Part shown: piece after piece, positions 8,739 to 14,540 of the stretch
Layout of the letters: each line of letters opens with the position of its first letter
Numbering within the stretch: the stretch's first letter is position 1
DNA from: an uncultured delta proteobacterium
Lineage (GTDB): Bacteria > Desulfobacterota > Binatia > UBA9968
Direction: 5' to 3'
Assembly (NCBI GenBank): GCA_963840855.1
Contig: CAWJBB010000025.1
Span: 1 to 14,540, forward strand
Length of the DNA: 14,540 nucleotides
Notes under the pieces: generated by a model
Told to the model about the DNA's origin: nothing
What the model saw: only the letters and a program-made list of their open reading frames with translations
Database searches by the model: none
Position numbers and translations under genes: made by a program

Positions 8739-9695
8739 TTACGCGGGCAGACCCGTGCCTTCCCGCGCCCCGAGCATGAGATTCAAGTTCTGAATCGCCA
8801 CCCCCGCTGCGCCTTTGCCGAGGTTGTCCAGCCGCGCCATGAGCAGGACATGACCCGACTGGTGCGGTAGCACCCGCAGAGAGATTCGATTGGTTTCGTT
8901 ATTCGCCTGCGGATCGAAGGTAAGTTCGTTGGCGTCGCTTGCATCCGTCAGCGGTTCGACTTCGACAAAAGTTTCTCTTTCATAGCGCGCCGCAAAAGCG
9001 TCCCACATCGCTTCTCCTGTGGTTGTCTTCGGTAAAGTCTTCGCCGGGATCATTATCGCCACCCGCATCCCGCAGCGAAAAGGGCCGACGGCAGGCAAAA
9101 ATTGCGGTTCTGCGCTAAGCGCGCCGTGGCGCATGATTTCGGGAATATGCTTGTGGACTTTGTTGATGCCGTAGGGCGCTTCGTGGGCGAGCTTGAGCAA
9201 TCCTCGTTTAGGATTCTCCCAGCGCTCGATCAGTGAACGGCCACCGCCCGAGTAGCCGGAAAGCGCGTGGATCGATAACGCTGAATCGGCAGGTAGGAGC
9301 CCGGCATCGACGAGCGGGCGAACGAGCAAAACTACGGCGGACGCATAGCAACCCGGATTCGCCACGCGCGGCGCTGTCGCGATCCGTTCCCGCTGGCCCG
9401 AAACCAGTTCCGGCAAACCGTAAACCCAGCCTTCGCTCACGCGGTGCGCGGTGCTGGCATCGAGAATACGCACCGGCGAGCCGGCGAGCCATGCCGCTGC
9501 GTCCTTCGCTGCGTCGTCGGGTAAGCAGAGAAGCACAATGGTGGCGTCGCGCAAAGCCTGCTTGCGCGCATCAGCGTCTTTGCGCAACTCCTCGGGGAGG
9601 GTGATTACCTCTATGTCATCCCGCCCCGTGAGCCATTCACGGATGCGCAAGGCCGTCGTTCCCGCCTGGCCGTCTATGTAGATTTTGCGTGGCAT
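8739..9695 (-). CDS. argC: N-acetyl-gamma-glutamyl-phosphate reductase, type 2
   Basis: IYIDGQAGTT, LCLPDDAA, DASTAHRV, WVYGLPEL, catalytic ANPGCY, SGYSGGG and LDNLGKGAAG. Start set at ATG 9695, because the TTG at 9734 lies inside a repeat. Confidence 0.95.
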   Translation of the reverse strand: MPRKIYIDGQAGTTALRIREWLTGRDDIEVITLPEELRKDADARKQALRDATIVLLCLPDDAAKDAAAWLAGSPVRILDASTAHRVSEGWVYGLPELVSGQRERIATAPRVANPGCYASAVVLLVRPLVDAGLLPADSALSIHALSGYSGGGRSLIERWENPKRGLLKLAHEAPYGINKVHKHIPEIMRHGALSAEPQFLPAVGPFRCGMRVAIMIPAKTLPKTTTGEAMWDAFAARYERETFVEVEPLTDASDANELTFDPQANNETNRISLRVLPHQSGHVLLMARLDNLGKGAAGVAIQNLNLMLGAREGTGLPA

Positions 9696-9721
9696 ATCGG
9701 ATTTCTTATTATCTAAGCTTG

Positions 9722-9807
9722 GTTCAACGTTCAAGGTTCAGCGTATGCCGGAGTCCAAATTGAACGGCTAAACCGTTGTCCCTAACTTTGAACGTTAAAC
9801 TTTGAAC
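9722..9807. repeat. 7-bp-period GTTCAA/TTGAAC repeats in inverted arrangement
   Basis: GTTCAA at 9722 and 9729, GTTCAG at 9736. TTGAAC at 9788, TTAAAC at 9795, TTGAAC at 9802. Internal hairpin AACGG-ctaaa-CCGTT at 9763-9777. Confidence 0.78.
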
Positions 9808-9819
9808 CGGCGTACCCGC

Positions 9820-10365
9820 TTAGATTCCAGGTTCCTTCGGTGGTAGCGGCGGCTTGGCGATATTCTTGGAGATTTCCTCGACATCCCAAAGTTTCGAGAA
9901 TTTGAGAGCCCTCGGGCAATGGCTATAAGACTCCTCAACGTCGAGTAACAGACCTTGAAGCACTTCGGCTTTTTCGTCGGGATCGTGTACCTCGAGGTTC
10001 ACATTCTGGAGTTCAGCACGGTCGATCACTCTGACTCCGCCGTTGACTCGCACCGTCTGGTTGTGGCCTGGTATAAAGAAAACCAAACCAACCTTCGGAT
10101 TGCTTTCGATATTGCCGTAGCCGTGAAACAGTTTGTTTCCGGCGACGTCGGGAATGAAGAGTTGCCTGTCATTGAGAATCTTCACGAACCCGGGCGTGCC
10201 GCCCTTCGGCGACGCGTCGCAATTGCCATCGGCGTTGCTCGTCGCCAACACGCAAAAGGGCGAGTGCCTGATAAAATCTTGAATCCATGAGGCCATCTGA
10301 GGCTTAACTTTACCCGCGGTACGCGGAACCGGATAGCCAAATTTTTCTTGATATTTGTTCTCCAT
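9820..10365 (-). CDS. Pyridoxamine 5'-phosphate oxidase-like FMN-binding protein (MSMEG_1061-like)
   Basis: FIRHSPFCVLAT, CDASPKGGTPGFV, IPDVAGN, NPKVGLVFFIPG, VRVNG and HCPRAL. GGAG lies 6 nt before ATG 10365. Confidence 0.9.
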   Translation of the reverse strand: MENKYQEKFGYPVPRTAGKVKPQMASWIQDFIRHSPFCVLATSNADGNCDASPKGGTPGFVKILNDRQLFIPDVAGNKLFHGYGNIESNPKVGLVFFIPGHNQTVRVNGGVRVIDRAELQNVNLEVHDPDEKAEVLQGLLLDVEESYSHCPRALKFSKLWDVEEISKNIAKPPLPPKEPGI

Positions 10366-10385
10366 TAGCAACTCCAATTGGATGA

Positions 10386-10751
10386 TTAACACCCGCAGTC
10401 CCCTGCTGCCGTCAAGCCGTAGCATTTCTGCTCAACCCAATTGGCAATTGGGCGGCGGGTGGAAGGCAGCAGTTGTGTTAGGCAGTTTTTTCCCTGCTTT
10501 GCAAGTTCCTGGTCAACCTCTGCCTCAATCTGCTCCAGTGTAATTCTTTTCGTGCTCGCCGAGCGCTCGTCAAGAAATCGCTGGAAAGCCTGACTTCCTC
10601 GCAAAGCTTCTACTTCCCTATCGAAGTCGTCAGCTTCGGCGATACAAAATTCCTTGCCATCTGGTGTCACGAGCAATACCGGCTCTCGGCACGCAATCTT
10701 AATGATTCCGTCTAAATCCAGTTTTTCTTTCTTCAAGTCGATGGTTTTCAA
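10386..10751 (-). CDS. Putative orphan Phd/YefM-like antitoxin; C-terminus probably extended by a frameshift
   Basis: MKTIDL...EPVLLVTPDGKEF has the Phd-like beta-alpha-alpha-beta-beta pattern, with an acidic helical tail ending ITLEQIEAE. TTG start. No toxin gene is adjacent. Confidence 0.55.
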   Translation of the reverse strand: MKTIDLKKEKLDLDGIIKIACREPVLLVTPDGKEFCIAEADDFDREVEALRGSQAFQRFLDERSASTKRITLEQIEAEVDQELAKQGKNCLTQLLPSTRRPIANWVEQKCYGLTAAGDCGC

Positions 10752-10823
10752 TTCTGTACCTGGTAGAAGTTTCTACAGACGCAACGAAGAAAAGCAACGA
10801 GAAAACAAAGATTCTATATTGGC

Positions 10824-11063
10824 TCACGTACCGCCCCCAGGCTCGCGTATAAGTGGCTTGTTGTCCTTCGTGACTCTAATTAGAAACCGCAGCGCCTCAT
10901 TCACTGACTCGGCACTCGGGAACACCTCTGCTACATCGGGCTCTAAACGGACAACCGAGCTGCCGAAACTCTTACGACCCGGGCCGAGCCTCGGCACCTG
11001 TAATCTCTTCAGGTCGTATTACGGCCGCAGTCGATCTTTCATCTCGGGCTTAACCTTCTTCAT
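10824..11063 (-). pseudogene. BrnT-associated (BrnA-like) antitoxin with an in-frame nonsense codon
   Basis: Hand translation: MKKVKPEMKDRLRP*YDLKRLQVPRLGPGRKSFGSSVVRLEPDVAEVFPSAESVNEALRFLIRVTKDNKPLIREPGGGT*. TAA at 11019-11021 sits where E is expected (RxEYD). Confidence 0.85.
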
Positions 11064-11172
11064 AAGCTTTTCTCTCGGAAGAGGTGACTTCTCTGGCGCT
11101 AATCACGCGCACAGACTCTCCTCTTTCTGTGTATGACACAATCAGCAAACGACCTTGCCGCGACTCGCCTAG
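11050..11172 (-). pseudogene. BrnT toxin C-terminal remnant (no N-terminus, no start codon)
   Basis: Hand translation: LGESRQGRLLIVSYTERGESVRVISAREVTSSERKAYEEG*, with the BrnT R-x-I-S-A-R...ER..Y motif. It overlaps the ATG of the downstream antitoxin. Confidence 0.85.
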
Positions 11173-11411
11173 CCGGATTTCAACTGAGCCCTGGTTTGTT
11201 TGGGAAGTGCGGTTATCACTGACCGCAACAAAGAATTTACCAACTCCGGCGACCGGAATACGGAGGCAACATCCGGGTCCAATACAACTGCGACCGTCCC
11301 GCCCTTCATCAGGGGGGCAAATCGGTTTGGACGAGACTTGCGATAGTCGAATCGATATTCTCGTCGCATTTCGTCTCTCTTTGGTCTTTTAGGACCTGAT
11401 GTTTTCTTCAT
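11169..11411 (-). CDS. BrnT-associated (BrnA-like) antitoxin, intact
   Basis: MKKTSG...DEMRREYRFDYRKSRPNRFA...VVLDPDVASVFRSPELVNSLLR, 80 aa. The ORF-track extension to 11636 overlaps brnT and is rejected. Confidence 0.85.
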   Translation of the reverse strand: MKKTSGPKRPKRDEMRREYRFDYRKSRPNRFAPLMKGGTVAVVLDPDVASVFRSPELVNSLLRSVITALPKQTRAQLKSG

Positions 11412-11608
11412 AGTCATACCACCAGCAAGCGTTCTTTGTCCGAATGACCAATGACAATCTCCCGCTGCTCTTCGATCGAGTGGTCCTCGTCGTTGAATAT
11501 TCGGGCTAGAGAATCGCCAAAGACGGTAAGCGCCTCCTCGAACGACACGCCATGCTTGGAGAGGTTGGATGTTGCTTTCCTGCGATCCCATTCGAACTTT
11601 AAGCTCAT
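11389..11608 (-). pseudogene. brnT: BrnT family toxin with internal deletion and frameshift
   Basis: FEWDRRKATSNLSKHGVSFEEA...DHSIEEQR...IGHS...LLVV, then a stop at 11414. The likely original tail DYEENIRS* follows at once in another frame (stop 11389-11391). The R-I-I-S-A-R segment is absent. Confidence 0.85.
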
Positions 11609-11913
11609 TCTTGAGAGAGCACACTAACACGATCACAACTGTCTTTCACATCGCCCTATCGAAGGATAGGACGGATACTGTTTCATTCCCAAATCGTCGA
11701 TGCGCGCTTGATGCGGAAAGTTGCAGGAAGGGACAGCAAATTAAAAATGACTACAAACACGAAAACATCGACGATAGACTTGCCAGAACGAGTACGCAGA
11801 AACAACGGAGTCAGAAAGGCACTCGTCAGGCAAGCAAGGAAAAATCCACCGCAGTCGCTATTCAGAGAGCGGGATCTGAGACTTACTGCACTAAGCTCGA
11901 AAGACTCAAACTA

Positions 11914-13044
11914 TTATTTGAAGGCTCCCTCGCTCGAAAGTCCGGCTTTCAAATTAGCGTGGAGAAGCCTGTGAAACAGGCGTTCGCCTGCTTCGCGTCT
12001 GACTGAGAGCCGCCCGGTGTTGTATGCCCGCGAAGCAAGGCCGCGCTGAACGGATTCGCATATCGCGACGTCCTCCGTCTGAATCCGTTCGCTAACACCG
12101 ATGCTGGCAAGATTGCGCTCGCGCGCGGCTTCAGACACGTCGGCGAAGTAGTAGTCGAAGATTACTTCAGTGCGATCGACCGCGAGGGGAATTACGAGAT
12201 TAGTATCCATCACTCCTTCGTAAACGTTGATCATGAAGTTCGGATAAATCCAATAGTACAGCGCCCGCTTGCCTGTCCGTACGGCGGCGGTTCGGGATTC
12301 AGCTTTATCAGTGACCATCGGGCTAGATTGCAAGCAGAAATGCTCGCCGGTTTCGATCTTGTATTTACCTGGATCGAGAACGCTGTTTAGACTGCCGTGG
12401 ATGTGGGGCACATGGTAGCCGCCGTCGAGATAGTTATCGACGAAGACTTTCCAATTACAGTTGAGCGAATAGTGGCGCCGCTCAAACCAGTGAGGTTGTT
12501 CAAGGTTCAAGGGTTCAAAACGTTCAATAAAATCTCTGCCTAACCATTCTTTCAACGATGGACCGCCCGGTTCGAGTTTTGCCAACAACCAGTGTTGCCA
12601 TTCGGCGATCTGAACCGGGACAAGCCCATTAGCCGAGCGGTCGAAATTGGCGACACCGCCGAATTCCGGCGTATGGATGAGCGCGCCTTGAAGATCATAT
12701 GTCCAGCCGTGATACGGGCAGCGGAGGTTCTCAGCTCTGCCTTGCGGCGCTGTTAAAATAGCGGCAGCGTGATGACGGCAGACGTTGAAGAAACCACGCA
12801 GGATGCCGTCGTTGCCGCGAATAACTAAAATGGGCTCGCCGGCAATCTGACAAGTTAGGTATTGGCCCGGCTCACGCACTTGATCGGCGCGCCCGACCAT
12901 TTGCCACGAGCGAGAAAACACGGTGCGCTGCTCTAGTTCAATGACACGCGGGTCGGTGTACCATGAAGAGGGAGGGGTGGAGGCTTCCGTTAATGGGCGA
13001 TCGGGATTGTACTTGGTGATTATTTCCCTGAGACCAGTGTCCAT
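11914..13044 (-). CDS. Rieske non-heme iron oxygenase alpha subunit, choline monooxygenase-like
   Basis: Rieske ligands NVCRHH...CPYHGW, mononuclear Fe site NWKVFVDNYLDGGYHVPHIH, distal EDVAICESVQRGL, and the N-terminal ASTPPSSWY. Confidence 0.93.
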   Translation of the reverse strand: MDTGLREIITKYNPDRPLTEASTPPSSWYTDPRVIELEQRTVFSRSWQMVGRADQVREPGQYLTCQIAGEPILVIRGNDGILRGFFNVCRHHAAAILTAPQGRAENLRCPYHGWTYDLQGALIHTPEFGGVANFDRSANGLVPVQIAEWQHWLLAKLEPGGPSLKEWLGRDFIERFEPLNLEQPHWFERRHYSLNCNWKVFVDNYLDGGYHVPHIHGSLNSVLDPGKYKIETGEHFCLQSSPMVTDKAESRTAAVRTGKRALYYWIYPNFMINVYEGVMDTNLVIPLAVDRTEVIFDYYFADVSEAARERNLASIGVSERIQTEDVAICESVQRGLASRAYNTGRLSVRREAGERLFHRLLHANLKAGLSSEGAFK

Positions 13045-13073
13045 GTCTTCAGGCGCAATCGGATAAGAAGCAA

Positions 13074-13319
13074 TCAGCCAGTCTTGGCAAGCGGCCGGAC
13101 TGACGGTATTACAGCGGCCGTTAACGGCTCGACGTCACACTCCGAAACAGTAGTCACCGCAATCGTGTCGCAGACGGCATTGAATACCTCCAATGCGTAA
13201 CCGTCCTCGCAGTCTTTTCCGGGCAAATACTCGACGATGGTGGCGACATCACCTTTTCGAAGTCCATGTTCCGGGAGATCGATCCGTAGCGCGACTCGCT
13301 TGAATAGATCAAGTTTCAT
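13074..13319 (-). CDS. DUF4926 domain protein
   Basis: VALRIDLPEHGLRKGDVATIVE...GYALEVFNAVCDTIAV, 81 aa. Confidence 0.88.
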   Translation of the reverse strand: MKLDLFKRVALRIDLPEHGLRKGDVATIVEYLPGKDCEDGYALEVFNAVCDTIAVTTVSECDVEPLTAAVIPSVRPLAKTG

Positions 13320-13381
13320 TGTTTTGCCCTCTTGTCGGGGACCAAGGTGACGAATCTCGTTTCTCCGGTGGCCTCAAGTCT
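13316..13381 (-). pseudogene. C-terminal stub of a DUF6883-like gene (usual upstream partner of DUF4926)
   Basis: Hand translation: RLEATGETRFVTLVPDKRAKQ*. Its TGA overlaps the DUF4926 ATG (ATGA). No start codon. Confidence 0.6.
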
Positions 13382-13404
13382 ATGCGATCTAAAGCGCAAA
13401 TCTT

Positions 13405-13650
13405 CTAACTGCCATCGCCCAAAGATTTGGCAAGTTGAGATATGTCCTCAAAGTAGCGGCGATGCGTTCGTCGCAGAGCTTTTTCGTCTGTGGCTTCCAA
13501 CAAGACGACTTCGTGCTCAATCTTACTTCGGTTGAGATTTAATTCGATCTCAAGGCGTATATTCTCTGCGCGCAACCGTTCAGATTCGTCGAATGTCTTA
13601 AAAGTAACGATACGTCCCTCGGGGCGATTATATTCAATCAGGAAAATCAT
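13405..13650 (-). CDS. Small protein, putative antitoxin of the upstream SAS (CapRel antitoxin-domain-like)
   Basis: 81 aa: MIFLIEYNR...TF...A...RLEIE...EVVLLEA.DEKALRRTHRRYFED. AGGA RBS; ATG lies 4 nt after the SAS stop. Confidence 0.75.
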   Translation of the reverse strand: MIFLIEYNRPEGRIVTFKTFDESERLRAENIRLEIELNLNRSKIEHEVVLLEATDEKALRRTHRRYFEDISQLAKSLGDGS

Positions 13651-13654
13651 TGTT

Positions 13655-14377
13655 TTAGGTCCTTTTTTTCTCAAGGGTATCAATGTGGTTCCGAAGATTT
13701 TCAGCTATCATTTTCTTTCCGAACGCCACTCCCTCTTTGAGGTCCTGGACCTTATCTACTTCGTCAGAGTCCACCTCGTTCAGTAGAAACGCCGACTCCT
13801 TCTCAATCTCCTCAAGCTTCGTAATCAGTTCACACATTGTGCCCAGCAGGTTGCGCGACTCTTCATCCCCGCCGCCATATTTGATGTTTGAGTCTACCAC
13901 GTCAGAGAGCATTTCTGAAAGTTCTGCCCAAACATGCTGCAGATAAGTCCTCACCTGGATCTCTACAGGTTTGCCTGAGCTTTCCATGATTACGTGCACA
14001 GCACGATAACCGTAACTGGGATTTATTCTACGGTCCATAATTCGTACGGTGTCGGGAAATGCAGATAGGAGTAGTCCAACTGCCTCGTCTTGTGCCAGAA
14101 TATCAGTGACGACGATACGGCACCCTGCGATATCCTGAACCTGGCTGAGTCGAATGCTTTCGCGACGTAATTTCTCGATTATCGAGCCAGTAGATTTGGC
14201 TGGCCTTCCAGTCGGTTCTAATTCGAACAGGTCCCGAATTGTTGTGATAACGGCTTTGTATTCTGCTCCGAAAGACCGTCGGTATTGATCCAACAATCTC
14301 AAATCGGCTTCTCTGGGAGGTCCCTTTCTTAAGCGCTCCCCGAGCCGGTCCACTTGGGTTTTGCTGAGAATGGCCAT
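13655..14377 (-). CDS. RelA/SpoT-domain small alarmone synthetase (putative toxSAS, CapRel-like)
   Basis: SKTQVDRLGERL, GRPAKSTGSIIEKLRR, QDIAGCRIV, GYRAVHV and VEIQVRTYLQHVWAELSE. 240 aa, with no HD, TGS or ACT domains. Confidence 0.92.
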   Translation of the reverse strand: MAILSKTQVDRLGERLRKGPPREADLRLLDQYRRSFGAEYKAVITTIRDLFELEPTGRPAKSTGSIIEKLRRESIRLSQVQDIAGCRIVVTDILAQDEAVGLLLSAFPDTVRIMDRRINPSYGYRAVHVIMESSGKPVEIQVRTYLQHVWAELSEMLSDVVDSNIKYGGGDEESRNLLGTMCELITKLEEIEKESAFLLNEVDSDEVDKVQDLKEGVAFGKKMIAENLRNHIDTLEKKRT

Positions 14378-14407
14378 AGGTCGTTCCGGGACGAAAAGTT
14401 CTGCCTC

Positions 14408-14441
14408 GGAGCTATCTTCCCGGGTCGGTCGTTATAGCTCC
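14408..14441. promoter_or_regulatory. Inverted repeat just upstream of the SAS gene
   Basis: GGAGCTAT (14408-14415) and ATAGCTCC (14434-14441) form perfect 8-bp arms, extendable by GCC/GGC with a bulge. Confidence 0.4.
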
Positions 14442-14506
14442 CGGCGGGCTTGTTGGGCGAAGATCTGGTTTCGAACTCGGTCGAGCAGCAGGGGGCTTTG
14501 CTGTTC

Positions 14507-14530
14507 AGCTCTGCCCGTGCGGGCAGGGCT
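14507..14530. other. GC-rich hairpin
   Basis: AGCT-CTGCCCG-TG-CGGGCAG-GGCT. No adjacent U-tract, so function is unknown. Confidence 0.4.
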
Positions 14531-14540
14531 ATGAATGATC

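Noticed and set aside
9696-9734. 13-aa N-terminal extension of ArgC from TTG 9734
   Set aside because: The TTG is inside the GTTCAA repeat, and the Rossmann motif starts right after ATG 9695.
11655-11670. Hairpin CCTATC-gaag-GATAGG as terminator
   Set aside because: 6-bp stem with no U-tract. It could be a brnTA operator, but nothing else supports that.
11569-12006. Plus-strand ORFs of 145 aa and 88 aa
   Set aside because: They overlap the Rieske 3' end (the longer one also overlaps brnT) in antisense, with no motif and no convincing RBS.
2996-13044. Unified osmoprotection island (K+ uptake plus betaine synthesis)
   Set aside because: The genes are about 7 kb apart, separated by unrelated genes, and no betaine aldehyde dehydrogenase or betaine transporter is present.
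10430-14458. Intact integron cassette array
   Set aside because: No complete attC (R''-L''-L'-R' with pairing arms) could be found between the genes; only isolated boxes.

Overview
Bacterial DNA, moderately GC-rich, in three blocks. (1) 1-5005 is a probable K+-homeostasis and signalling locus. It has a 5'-truncated KinB-like histidine kinase, a REC+TPR response regulator, a convergent AlgB/NtrC-family sigma54 activator and a divergent KimA/YdaO-like transporter. (2) 5060-10430 holds housekeeping-type genes: DUF488, MFS, DsbA-like, MpaB/DUF2236-like oxygenase, type-2 argC and an MSMEG_1061-like FMN protein. They are separated by a CTAG-flanked MITE-like element and by GTTCAA/TTGAAC and TGGAGTGT short tandem repeats. 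(3) 10386-14540 is an accessory block, all on the minus strand. It contains an apparently intact two-gene RelA/SpoT small alarmone synthetase plus a downstream 81-aa protein, resembling a split CapRel-type toxSAS toxin-antitoxin. It also contains a choline-monooxygenase-like Rieske gene and four decayed TA-type modules whose toxin-side gene is truncated or missing. Several of these remnants are absent from the ORF track and were translated by hand. Family assignments come from motif recognition by eye, not from database searches.
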